A stretch of 64,000 bases of DNA from Tubulanus polymorphus (lineage: Eukaryota > Animalia > Nemertea). The stretch's first letter is position 1. Each line of letters starts with the position of its first letter. A model generated the notes under the pieces. It saw only the letters and a program-made list of their open reading frames with translations. It made no database searches and was not told the DNA's origin. The stretch covers positions 15,098,485-15,162,484 of the forward strand of contig NC_134027.1 of NCBI RefSeq assembly GCF_964204645.1, read 5' to 3'. Position numbers and translations under genes: made by a program. Shown piece by piece: positions 33,556 through 46,190 of the stretch.

Positions 33556-36420
33556 GACTCCTGAACACTAGAACGGAATGCCATCAGGCAAGATGACAGC
33601 TTCGTATCCCAGTCAGTGCCGGTTTCATTCACGGATATGGTCAGCATGGCCTTGATTGATTTATTAAAGGTTTCCACCTGACCATTTCCCATTGGGTGAT
33701 ACGAGGTGGTACGTGTCTTATCGATACCCAACAGTCGACAAACCTCTGAAATTCCTTGGACTCAAAGTTGGCTCCCCGGTTCGAGTGAATGCTTCCTGGG
33801 CAGCCATACCTCGTCATCCATTCGTCCACAACTTTTCGAGCCAAAGTGGGGGCCTTTCATTCCGTACTGGCCATGCCTCCACCCGCTTAGTAAAAGCGTC
33901 TTGGACTACAATAATATGTGTTACCACGTTTAGTACGGTGTAGGGGGCCCACTATATCAATGTGCCACCTCTGCCCTCTACGTCCAACTGGTGTCGACAC
34001 CAAAGGTGCCTTCGGTCGCTTGGGCGGATTTTCGTACTGTTGCCATTTCTGTCACTGTTGGATGTATTCGTGCACAGCTCTAGTAATGCCTGGAGACCAG
34101 AATCGTTCGCGCATCTTCCGTTCTGTCTCATTGCGGCCTAAATGCCTGCCTGAGATACCTTCATAAAGGTGTGACAAAGCCTTAGGCAGTTACACGTAAG
34201 GCAGAACGACACGTGATTTTGAAAGTCTGGATCCAGAGGCAGGTCTTAAAAATAAAACGTCCTTTTCAATAACAAGGCGCTCATATTCACCAAGAAACAC
34301 TCTGGTTTTGGTGCTAAACTGGCGCATAACATCGGCACTAGGTTTAACCTGTTGTCGATAAACTAAGCCCCTAACTATCGATATGTCAGCGTCCTCGTCC
34401 TCTAACCGGGCTATTTCCACTGTCAACAAGCCGGCCTGATCACTACCAAAACCAACTGCTGAAACCTAACATTTTGGGGCGCCGGTCTGGCCACAGCTAG
34501 GGCAGTCTCCATGACGTTTCATTCGTTTCGGGATGCGGGAAAGCGCGTCCACATTTTAGTTGATACACCCGGGCCGGGGTTCAATATCAAAGTCATAGTC
34601 AACCGTTCATTTCAGCGGGCAACTTGTCCAGACTGAATGTTTGAAGATCGGAGCCATTTAAGTGCTGCATGGTCATTACGCACCATAAATTTCAGGCCCA
34701 ACAGGTAATGCCGAAAATGTTCAATCATATCGACTAGGGCAAGCCTCTCTCGCCTGGTGGCACAGTAATTCTCTTCACCAGCCCGTAATGTGCAAAGAGC
34801 ATACGCGATCACCCGTTCGGACGAGTCTGCCTGCACCCGTGAAAGTACGGCACCAATTGCCCAGTCACTAGCGTCACAGTCGGTAATAAATTTGCCTGCG
34901 CCTGTCTCGAAATCAGGGAAGGCCAAAACAGGAGGGGTAGTAAGTGCCATCTTTATGGCGTCAAATGCTCGCTGTTGCTTCATTCCCCATACAAAAACAT
35001 GGCCCTTTTTAGTAAGTTTGTGTAGGTAACGACACATTTGGGAATACCTCTCAATAAACTTTGAATAATAGGTCACTAACCCTGTGAAACTGCGGACCTC
35101 TGAAACCGTGGTTGGAACAGGCCAGTTCATAATTTTCTCAACTATGGACGGGTCAGCCTCTATACCATTTCCACTAACAATATGGCCCAAAAACTTCAAC
35201 CGTCTCCGCAGTAGGTGACATTTTCTCGGTTTAAGTTTAAGGTTTGCGGATCGGAAATATGAGAACACCTCAGCGAGTTTACTGATGTGTGACTCAACAT
35301 CAGCAGCTGAGAGAACAATGACATCATGGAGATATATTAACGCCGTTTTCCACGAAACCTTATCCAGGGCCATAGTCATAAGCCGAGAAAAACAGGCAGG
35401 GGCATTAGTTAGGCCAAACGCCATGACGTTCCACTCCCACAATCGATTCTCTGTGCAGAACGCTGTCTTTGGTTTATCCCTCTCCTGTATAGGCACCTGA
35501 TGGTACCTAGTCAGTTCGTCCCAGCGGATGGCTGTCCGTTATCGTAGCGTCGTTTAACTTCCGATAATCACAACACAGCCTAAGGCTACCATCGGACTTC
35601 TTGGCCAAGACGATGGGACTGGCCATTGGGACTGGAGATTGTGATGGTCGGATGTGGCCGTGACTATGTAATTCGGCAGTATGACCCTCGGCAAACTGTC
35701 TATGACCCGGTGGTAAACGCCTCAGTTGTTGCTTGATTGGGCGATGGTCACTCGTATTGATTTCAAATTCAACTAATGCGGTCCTCCCTATGTCAAAGTC
35801 GTCGCGGGAAAACACATCCCGGTAATCAGAGACAACCTTCTTTAAGGCCTCGCGATCAATGTCCGAAATGTCGATTCCGTCGAGCTGCAGCTCCTTAAAC
35901 AACGAATTTAGATCCTCACTACTAGTAGGGGTTTTGGGGGCATCTGGTCTCTTATCCTGGGTAGTAAGGATTTCAATACTGTTTAAAGGAGAGAAAATCC
36001 TTACAAATTCGCCGCGGTTGACACGGCACGTCACGTTCGAAAAGTTGGCTAAACGAACCGTCACCTTGTTATCATACGGGCTAACCAGTGTCCTACCGAT
36101 ACAGAATGGACCTGGAGCTCTACTAGATACCATTCCGACAGAATTGTTGTTGTGGGTGTACCTCTGCCTAAAATAAGCAGTAGCTACAATTTCGTGTCTG
36201 GCTGGGATCATGCGAGTCTCGGTTAGAAATAGCCGACATGCGGTTGGTCGGGAATCTTTGTTTGTTCCAATGGTATGTGTGACAGACCACAGCTCATGAC
36301 TCTTGGTAATCAATCCCTAACCTTTATGTCCTATGCGCCGGTGTCGAGAAGCGCAGAAATTCTTCCTACACTATTGACTATAGCAGAATAATAGAGGCCA
36401 GTGTCACGGATATCTACATT
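33556..36420 (-). pseudogene. pol: Gypsy pol (PR-RT-RNase H-IN) with multiple disruptions
   Basis: ISALLDTGA, SPIVLAKKSDGSLRLCCDYRKLN, MAFGLTNAPACF, KFLGHIVS, ENYCATRRE, RFWSPG, YHPMGNG. Confidence 0.9.
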
Positions 36421-36713
36421 CTGCACACTTCTCACTAACGGGGTTGGCCCTCGGTCACTGTTCGTTGGTAGGTCTGCTTCCGATTCCGACTCGAGAAGAG
36501 CTTTGACCATTAAGAGATGTGCTCCCCCGACGTGTAAACCACTAGAGCTAGGACAGCTACCCTTCGGGTTGTCATATTCATAATTATTTTCATTTATACT
36601 ATATACAGGGTTATTTGGTCGTCAATGGGAACCAGTTCTATTTACAACATTTATACAGGTATCTAATAGTCTACGATGTGGAGGGATATATTTTTGAACT
36701 CGTGGCTGATGGT

Positions 36714-37660
36714 TTAAAAGCGCTTGCCTCTGCCAGTCGAGGAACGCATCTGCCTGTTTTCCTGACTATTAGGACAGTTCCTCGCGTAATTTCCGGGCTC
36801 AGTGCACGTGTGGCGTACCACTGTAGGACATGCACTAGCAGGGTGGGCCGGCACACGACAGCGCCAACATATGTCAGCCGCTGGATTTCTGGGAGGCTCC
36901 GGATTCCCGACAGGCCTGGTCTGACCTTGACGCTCGAGATTTTCGATGCGGAGGTTTAAGCTCCGGACCTGTTTGACAAGTTCAGAGAGCAGCTCGGTCT
37001 CGACGGGTTTTGGCTGGGCCTCGTTTACCATCCCCCGTTTTCCCCTCGACTCTTGTTTTTCAGCTATCCGGCGAGCTGACTCAAAACCTCTAGCCAGGGA
37101 CACAGCCTCTGACAAGGTTTTCGGCTGGGAAACATACAACTGTTCCCTAGCTGCTAATGGTAGATTAACCCCGGTGAGAAACTGATCACGTGCCAGCTCG
37201 TCTTATAGCGTATATGCCCAGCGTCTGGATAGGCGTTTTGGGCAAGCTCCATAAGCGCGTCGGCGAAACGACCCAGGTTCTCTGGCTGTTTTTGATCGCG
37301 TGCCTTAAGAATGAGCTTATAATCGCCACGCGATTTTGTCAAGGACATACGGTCTTTAATCGGATCCATCGTGTAAGTCAGTTTGTCCGACAGGTAAAGG
37401 TTTTTGATGGCCAGATATGACTCATGGTCCATATACATCAAAAGATGATCCCTCTGCACGGAAGGATCAGTTATCCCCATGAGCTCACGATAACTGTCAA
37501 ATCTCTCGAGCCATACCTTAAAATTGTGGCCAGCGCTGTAGGTTTTAGGCGCAGGTACCTTTTTAATTTTATGTTCCACATATTGTGTTACAGATGTGAG
37601 GAACTGATTCACGTCGAGGTGACTAGCATCTTGTTCGGAATGTTCCCCCGGCATCGACAT
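36714..37660 (-). pseudogene. gag: Gypsy gag (frameshifted)
   Basis: APKTYSAGHNFKVWLERF, QKQPENLGRFADALMELAQNAYP, PKTLSEAV, CWRCRVPAHPASAC. Confidence 0.82.
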
Positions 37661-38639
37661 TATAAGTACAAGTCAGTTAATTCAAGTCAGTCATAATATT
37701 ATAGAAAAAATAAACCCAAAAGTTATTCGTATACCAGTCTCCCCAGCAAGCAATGCCTATAGGCCTAAATTTGTTTTCTAATTTTTTTTTTAGTTCCAAT
37801 TCCGATCAAATACAGAATATGACTAGTTAAAGGTTTCAACTGCTATGAGTGTCCGTTATAAGTCTTTCAAGTATTTTCTAATCAATAATGGTAAACGTGG
37901 GTCGCTCAGACTAGGTTCCCGTGGTAGGGCCGCTAAATTAAAAAGACCATAAAATACACGACAATTGAATTTAAATCCCACTTCGCTGCTGCCACCAGTG
38001 TAACAATCGTTTTGGAGTATCCTTATGGGTTATCGGGGTTAATCGCCGCTGTAATAGGGGACAATCAGAAACTTGAACCGGGACAGTAGAAGCACACACA
38101 ACTCACCACGACAATGGATTCTTTTCAAGAGAACGATAGATACGCCACCTATCGTTAACATTTATTATTACAAATACGAATACAAATACACTATATTACA
38201 ATATAATAACTTCACAGTCACACCGTTACACAACTCCCAACCGAACTATGAAAGCGCCAAACAATTAAGGTACATCAGTATTTTTTACGTGGTAGCCCTT
38301 GTGGATCCACATGTCCCGCATATGTGTCGCTCTCCTCCAAAATCGTCGCATGTTATACACTGATAAGAATTAATTTGGTGAAATCTTTGTGCGCTTCCCA
38401 GTGCGATATTCAAACCAGGAAGGAAACCCGTTGTCGCTGCTTTGCAGCTATATTTCTTTTGTCTGATCTCTTTAGACCTCCTTATCAATTTTAGTCAGGA
38501 GAATAAAGTTTTATCTTCGCTTTTCTTATGACAATCAACACAAGGACGTGTGCGCGCTAGTACGTGTACCCTATGTATAATCGATAAAATAAACAGCATT
38601 TGTTCACCGTATTCACTGACCTACAGCGCTACTCACTTA

Positions 38640-38792
38640 AGTAATTGGGAATATGTTGTTCTAGACCAAAGGTCGAGAGGTCGAGCTCATAAAAAAATGA
38701 AAAATAATTTCTCGCACGCTCGAATTTATTTTTCATTTTTTACGCACTCGCCCTCTCAACCTTTGATCTAGAACAACATATTCCGAATTACT
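38640..38792. repeat. 153-bp fold-back palindrome forming the Polinton-3 terminus
   Basis: AGTAATTGGGAATATGTTGTTCTAGA...TCTAGAACAACATATTCCGAATTACT. Confidence 0.88.
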
Positions 38793-39719
38793 CTAATAAT
38801 TCCATATATTAAAAGTGTGAGTAAAGTGTTAGCATAATAATCTGGATAAATAAGAAAATGTAGATTTCGAATAACAAAAAATCAATTTTAAACATAAAAA
38901 GTGTGAGTAAAGTGTGAGTGCAAACATAAAAAGTGTGAGAAAGAGTAACGAGTAATTAACTCGTTAGATTGTTAGAATTAAAATCAATTTTAACATAAAA
39001 AGCGTGAGTAAAGTGTGAGTGAAATAATTTAGATTAATAAGCCCAAATATAGAGAAATAATTATATATATTAATTAAAAAACTAACGAGTAATTAACGAG
39101 TAAATTAATCAAATTTTTAAATATAAAAACTAACGAGTAATTAACGAATTAATAAATGAATGAACAGACACTACAATTCAAAGATATCGATTTAAATGAA
39201 TTAGAAAAATATTTTACAATTAAAAATTTTATTCCTATTAAAGATTTGATTAAAACTGCACGTTTGCGTTTTTAAGTGACAAATATTACTAAATTAATGT
39301 TTAAAAATCATTATCTAATGATAGAGTTATCGAATGAAAAAGATAAAATCTTATTCAATACAATAATTCCAAAATTCACGACATTTGATGAAATAGTTAA
39401 ACATGTAATAATTTCAGATGAAATACGATCACTTTTCAATAATGAAAATTCACATAAAACATTATTACACTTACGTTATTGCCCTTTCAGAGAATGCTAT
39501 GTAATGTTTTTCAGAGTACAAGAAAAAACATTTATCCCTGGCATTCCAAATGAAAGATGTGGGCATTCAATATAATTTAGACAATAAAATCGAAACACAT
39601 ATATATGAACCTAATGAAAAAGCGTTTTGTAATTGTGGAAAATATCATACTCGAAGCAACAAATCACATCATCTTAAATCAAAATACCATAACTCAAATA
39701 TAATAATTCAACTCTAAAT

Positions 39720-40260
39720 AAATATATTTCATCTCAAATATATAAAACTAGAATATCATAATAAATTTATAAAATGAAATCATAAAATTACATGTTTTAA
39801 ATATATAAAAGTTAAATATTTTAAAAATAATTAATGAAATATTGAAATGAAATCATAGAATTGTATGTTTTAAATGAATTAAAGTTTAATATTTTAAAAA
39901 TGATTTATAAAATATTAAAACTAAATATTATATAGTAAATTTTATGTTTCAAATATATAAAAGTTAAATATTAGAATAATTATTAATAAAATATTAAAAT
40001 GAAATCATAAAATTGTATGTTTAAAATGTATAAAAGTGTAATATTTTAAAAGCAATAAAATACTAGAGTTAATAAAATTATATATTTCAAATAAATAAAA
40101 GTTAAATATTTAAAATGATTAATAAAACATTAAATTTGAATCTTTAATATAAAATAATATGTTTCAAATATATAAAAGTTAAATATTTAAAAAATGATTG
40201 ATAAAATATCAAATTTGAATCTTTGAAATATTGAATCTTTGAAATATTGAAATATTTATT
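39720..40260. repeat. Degenerate AT-rich tandem repeat of ~60-70-bp units
   Basis: Recurring ATGTTTCAAATATATAAAAGTTAAATATT and AAATGAAATCATAAAATT. Confidence 0.65.
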
Positions 40261-42015
40261 AATCTTTTAATTTTTTTTTCATAAATAAATGAATGGTTTC
40301 ATTGCAACCGGAAGTAGTGATTTGAAACATTATTTAATTGCTGAAGGTTTAATATTTGCCGCGCATTACTTTTACTATGAAAATATCAGTAAAGATTTGA
40401 TGAATGAAAATATGAAATTAAGTAAGAAATTAAAGAAGTTAAATAGAAATAATAATAAAAATAAAATGAATAAAAAAGTAAATCTAGTAACTGATTGAGG
40501 GGATTAAGACAGCATCTTTTTATTTAATTTATTTTATATATTTTAACTATAAAAATGAGTGAAAGTAAGGTATTAGAAATATTAAATCTAATATATAAAA
40601 ATCAACAGAATATCAAATCAATTATTATGCTTACAGGATTAGTTTCTTTTTCATTTTTATAGTATAAAACAGTTATTAGAATTCTATGATAACTGTAAAA
40701 TTAAATATGCAGAATTAAAACATAGTATAAATTATTTATCAGATAGAATTAGTAATATTAAATGCTGTGAAATATATAATAAAAGGTATAAAAACTTAAA
40801 GAGTTCAAAAACTCATAGATACATTCATGAATTAAATAATAAATTGTATAATTCAAATTAAGAAACATAAAATATATTGGTTGAAAATATAAAATATATT
40901 AGTTGAAAATGTATGAAATATTGTATAAATTATAGTTCATTAAAAAAGGGGGGTTAGGTATTAATGGTATCTTATACGTATTAAATACGTATCAAATACA
41001 AATTATGCTTTATTTCTGAAATTGAAGCCTCATAAGTAATTTATTCATATATGATATTAGTAGTATCTTTACGCAGCACTAGAATAATATGAGTGATACT
41101 AAGTTAGTTAGTTTATTGTTTTTCTAGTATCATTTTAGTCAATTGTAAAGAAATTTAGTATTAATAAGAAATATTTGAAATCAACAAGAATTATAATAAG
41201 TTTCGTTAACAATACTAACCTTGTCAATTCTAATGTTTTTCTAGTTGAATCTATTTAAAATATTATGTAATCCAGTTAGCAAATAGAAACAATAACTAGT
41301 ATCATTCTAAAGATAAACAACATATTCTAGTGCTGTGTAAAGAATGATTCATCTGATAGATTTTATATATTACTATAAAAATAAATATATATTTGAATAT
41401 AAATTATACATTTCCAGTGTTGAAATATAAAATATATTGATTGAAAATATAAATTATATTAGATAAAAATATAAAATATATTAGTTAAAAAATATGAATA
41501 TGAAAGAATTAATCTTTTTAGCAGATGTGGTAACCGACCCGTAGCCAAGAAATTTGATTTGAGTTCTATGACTATTCATTGACCCAATCTTGGTCGAAAT
41601 TTCACAAAATGAATAAATTCTGAAATTACCCGATCCAAAAGTTGCCGTAATTTTAGTTTAGGCCTATGGGCTGCTGGAGTTTTTTTGTCTGTGACTCAAC
41701 ATTATATAATATGGCCGCATGGGTCAGTCTGGTGTTGAGTTAGCTCCTGATATTTCATGAGTTTAGCCATTTTCTTGTGGTGGTAGTGAGAAAAAAACAT
41801 GACTGGATATACTGTGTATTCATGATGGTTATGTACATTGAGTCATTTAAGTGCGCGAAATGGATTTTTAGCTATTTATGTGGTTTTTTCTTTAAATTAC
41901 ACCTGAATTTGTGGATATTCAGTGTCACTGGCTTTAAAACTGACACCTGACAACTGCTCACTCAACTCAACTGCTCACTCACTTGACACATCAGAGATCG
42001 TTCTATCAAGGAATT

Positions 42016-43158
42016 ATGTCGAAGCAAACTGTTATTACTGATCTTTTGTGTAGCAAGGGAGCTGTTGGCAGCAATCGTTCTGACAATATGGACTCTGTCG
42101 ACAGTACTAATAATGGTATTCATCAAGAAATTAGTGAAATTCAACAAGAAAAACTGAATGAACAAGAACCACTAGAGCAACCAGATATTCAACCAGATAT
42201 TCATCCTACTAATGCGAACACTACTGATAATGATTTGGATAGAGAAGTTTTCACCGATCCTGAGAGTTCTAGTGGTTTTCGCCACTCAAAGAGGGCTCCT
42301 CCAACTAAAAAACGCAAAGAAAGAAGTTCAACGATCGATGATTTAGAACCGGAGAGCACCTCAAAACTGTTCAATATGATGCGCGAAATGACAGAAAAAA
42401 TTGACTCCCTTGCAAACATGAAACAAGACATACTGGATACTTTAAATGTACGGCTCGATAGTCACACTAAAATGATCCATAATTTGATGCATCGTACTGA
42501 AGCGAGACTATATGACCTGGTACAATCGAATAAAGCCAAAATTACAGAAATTACAGATCTGAAGTCCCAACACACACGTGATGTTGCTGAATTAAAACGT
42601 GAAATAGAGCAACAAAAAAGCCAATTGAACGACTTCAAACGATATGCTATTGAAAATAACCAATACTCGAGAAGGAATCACTTAGTAGTCTTAGGAATAC
42701 CCGAGAAACAGGACGAAAATTGTACTAATTTAATTGTCGAAACACTGGGTAATAAACTATCGTCGGAAACACCAAATAAAATCTCTAATGATGATATTGA
42801 AGTGTCCCATAGACTCCGTAGTAGGGCCCCTAAAGTTGATGACGGTGAGAAAAAAAACCCGGATGGCATAATAATTCGTTTTGTGAACCGAGGTGTGAGG
42901 GACTTTATTAGAAAGCGCACATTATTGAAAAACACAAAGATATTGATCAAGGAGGACTTATGCATAGAAATTGTAATGCTCGTAAATCGCGCAGTTAAAT
43001 CGGACCTATACACAAATGTCTGGACTATGAATGGTAAGGTGATCGCGTTGACAAAGGATGGTACCAAAAAAGCGCCTTCAACTTTACGAACCATTACCAA
43101 TATAAACTTTGTATTCACAAATTCTTATTATATATATGTAATTATGAGTAACTATTAA
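42016..43158 (+). CDS. LINE ORF1p (coiled coil and RRM-like domain); C-terminus probably frameshifted
   Basis: NQYSRRNHLVVLGIPE, DIEVSHRL, IIIRFVNR, ILIKEDL, VWTMNGKV. Confidence 0.82.
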   Translation: MSKQTVITDLLCSKGAVGSNRSDNMDSVDSTNNGIHQEISEIQQEKLNEQEPLEQPDIQPDIHPTNANTTDNDLDREVFTDPESSSGFRHSKRAPPTKKRKERSSTIDDLEPESTSKLFNMMREMTEKIDSLANMKQDILDTLNVRLDSHTKMIHNLMHRTEARLYDLVQSNKAKITEITDLKSQHTRDVAELKREIEQQKSQLNDFKRYAIENNQYSRRNHLVVLGIPEKQDENCTNLIVETLGNKLSSETPNKISNDDIEVSHRLRSRAPKVDDGEKKNPDGIIIRFVNRGVRDFIRKRTLLKNTKILIKEDLCIEIVMLVNRAVKSDLYTNVWTMNGKVIALTKDGTKKAPSTLRTITNINFVFTNSYYIYVIMSNY

Positions 43159-43256
43159 TAAGTTACTTTTCATGTATTATCTTGATTATTACTATAATAT
43201 AATCTTAGACATAGAATCTCAAGTAAAACAATAATGTAGATACATTATTCAGATGA

Positions 43257-43261
<5 letters not shown>

Positions 43262-43291
<30 letters not shown>

Positions 43292-43327
43292 CGTACGTAC
43301 ATACATACATACATACATACATACATA
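43262..43327. repeat. Perfect palindromic microsatellite T(ATGT)7 ACGTACGT (ACAT)7 A
   Basis: Read directly from the sequence. Confidence 0.95.
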
Positions 43328-46190
43328 CGTAGATTCATTGAACAATATACCAATTGGTTATAATTTTTCTCTGCTACATGTAAATATGAGGAGTTGTAAC
43401 AAAAATTTTGAGCATTTTTACACCGCTTACAAATCGTTGAATTGTAAGTTTGATATTATTGGCTTTTCCGAAACGTGGACCTCCGATTTAGAAGATAATT
43501 CATCCATATATAATATTGATGGTTTTACAAGTAAATTCCTAAGTAGAAAGTGCAAAGGAGGTGGAGCAGGCGTTGCTCTATATATCAAGAATGATATTTC
43601 TTTTCATACTGATAACCAGTTAAATATACAATTTGACAGTTTTGAACACCTTTTTATTGAACTATCTAATAATGTATGTATTGGAGTGGTATATAGGACA
43701 GGTAGTGGTTTGAACGATTTTAATAGAGATTTAGATTTACTGTTATCAAAACTCACTAAAAATAAGAGATATTTTATCATGGGTGATTTTAATATTGATC
43801 TATCGCATTCATCTTCCCATTTACCTACTACTAAATTTGTTGACTCCATGATGTCAAATTCTCTTTTTCCCCTAATTGATGTTCCTACTCGTGTTACTGA
43901 TACTTCAGCAACTATTATTGACAATATATTTAAAAATGCCTACCTTAATCACAATCTAAGTTCTGGTGCTATTATTTGGAACATAACAGATTATTTTCCG
44001 ATCTTCACTTGTTTGAACTTATCTCAATTTGAACGAAATGCTAATAATAAAGCAAAACCCAAATATTTTTCTTATCGCGAAATAAATGCAAGAAATGTTA
44101 ATAATTTTAGAAGGAAACTATTGATATCTGACTGGCATTGTATAACGTCCTTGACTGATGCATCAGTTGCATATTCAGAATTCTTTCGTATTTTTAAGAA
44201 TTTATATGATGATTGTATACCTATTGTTCAAAAGAAATATTCTAAATTTAAAACTGGTTCGCATCCATGGATGACTAGTGGATTGTTGAAATCACTGAAA
44301 CATAAAGAACAATTATATAAACGTTATGTTACTCAACGAACTCAATCATCAAAAGCACGCTTCACCTCCTTCAGAAACTTGTATAATAGGCTTATCATCC
44401 AAGCAAAAAGAAATCATTTTATTCATAAATTTGATCGAGCCGGTAATAACAGTAAATACACTTGGAAAGTTATAAAGGAATTACTAAATAGAAATTCTGA
44501 TAAGAACATATACCCAGATGATTTTAAAATCAATAATAAACTAATCTCAGATCCCGATGTAATTGCCAAATCTTTCAATTACTATTTCGTAAATGTTGGA
44601 CCAAATCTAGCTAATTGTATTCCTAAGCTATCAGAAAGTTTTGAAAAATTCATGAATCCTCAGCTTGATCATAATTCATTTCTAAATCCAATTGTACCTC
44701 ACGAAATAGAATTAATTGTCAGAAACTTTAAATTGAAAAATAATTGTGGTTTTGATGACATTAACCAAAAAGTATTGAAAAGCGTAATTGATACTATTTC
44801 TAGTCCACTAGCGCATATTTTCAATCTTTGTTTTTCTGAAGGTACCTTCCCAGATGAGCTTAAAATAGCTCAAATTTTTCCATTGTATAAATCAGGGGAT
44901 AAACAAATTGTTAGTAATTATCGTCCAATCTCTATACTTCCATGTATTTCTAAAATTCTAGAAAAACTACTGTATAGCCGCTTAGTTAAATACCTCAAAT
45001 CGTATGACGTTTTAACTAATTCTCAATTTGGATTTAGAGAGGGGTACTCAACTGCTATGGCAATTAATGTAATTACATCTGCTTTAATCGATAACTTGGA
45101 TAACAACAAACACTCAATTGGTATTTACTTAGACCTTTCGCGAGCATTTGATACTTTAGATCATAAAATTCTCCTAGCTAAATTGAATAATTATGGCTTT
45201 CGCGGAGTTGTACTAAAATTATTTTCCAGCTATCTTGAAAACCGATTTCAAGTTGTGAAATTCAAAAATCATATTTCATCTCCGCAAAAATTAACATGTG
45301 GAGTTCCGCAAGGTTCGATTTTAGGTCCTATAATTTTTCTTTTATATATTAATGACTGTATCAACAGTTCAAAATTATTTCAGTTCATAATGTTTGCAGA
45401 TGATACTAATGCCTTCATGTCTCACAAAGATTTAAAATCTCTAGAATTTCTGGTCAATAGGGAATTATCAAATTTAGATCTGTGGTTTAAAGTTAATAGA
45501 CTTTCGTTAAATTTGAAAAAAACTCATTATATGGTTTTCAGTCGAGTAAAAAAGAAAAGTTAATTGAAAATATCTATATGTGGAATTAATATTGAAAGAG
45601 TTTGTAGTACAAATTTTTTAGGTGTTCAGATTGATGAAAATCTCAACTGGAAGGAACATATAATGACTATTTCTAACAAGATCTCAAAAAACATTGGTAT
45701 TATTCGAAGAATTTCATATTTTATTCCCTCAAAACAATTGTTACAACTATATTATAGTTTGATTCACCCATATCTGGATTACTGTAACATAATTTGGACA
45801 AGCACTTACCAGACCTATCTTAATAATTCGTTTTTACTACAAAAGAAAATTGTAAGAATTATTTCTAGAAAAAGCTACTTTGATCATACTTCTCTACTGT
45901 TTAAATCCCTAAAAATATTGAAATTATCTGATATGTCAAAATATTCAATTGGTCAGTTTATGTATCTTTACTGCAATTCCAAACTACCCAATATTTTTAT
46001 AAATTTCTTTAAAAGAAGTTATGATTTACATAACCGAAATTTACGTTCTGCGAAGCAAATTGCTATCGGAAGATTTAATACTGTATTAAAATCACAATCT
46101 TGGAACAATCTAGATAAAACAACTCAAACTTCTAAATCATTAAACATTTTTAAAAGAAAATACAAATCTTACTTACTTTCATCTTATTAA
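43263..46190 (+). pseudogene. LINE ORF2p: AP endonuclease and reverse transcriptase; in-frame TAA at 45561-45563
   Basis: HVNMRS, GFSETW, MGDFNIDL, PTRVT...IIDNIF, YRPISILP, DLSRAFDTLDH, GVPQGSILGP, FADDT, FLGVQID. Confidence 0.93.

Larger units (their letters stand above)
33556..38359 (-). mobile_element. Gypsy LTR retrotransposon B, degenerate, cut in the integrase at the Polinton-2 end
   Basis: PBS-like TGGTGGCAGCAGCG next to LTR end TGTTACA (37999); gag with CCHC knuckle; LLDTGA protease; RT (CCDYRKLN, YLHD); RNase H (DASDWAIGAVL); integrase (DIVGP, YHPMGNGQVE). The outer LTR edge is uncertain (38230 or 38359). Confidence 0.88.
38640..41500 (+). mobile_element. Left end of another Polinton of the hairpin-ended family; AT-rich and decayed, right boundary uncertain
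   Basis: 153-bp palindromic terminus homologous to 33404-33555 and followed by the same CTAATAATTCCATATAT; small ORFs starting TAAATG (39156, 40289); C2H2 remnant CNCGKYHTRSNKSHHLKSKYH. Confidence 0.7.

Noticed and set aside
33404-38792. Two hairpins as TIRs of one composite element carrying Gypsy B
   Set aside because: The shared Polinton-internal sequence lies on the sides facing away from the Gypsy, and the adjacent hexamers (GACTCC, CACTTA) do not form a TSD, so they are ends of two separate elements.
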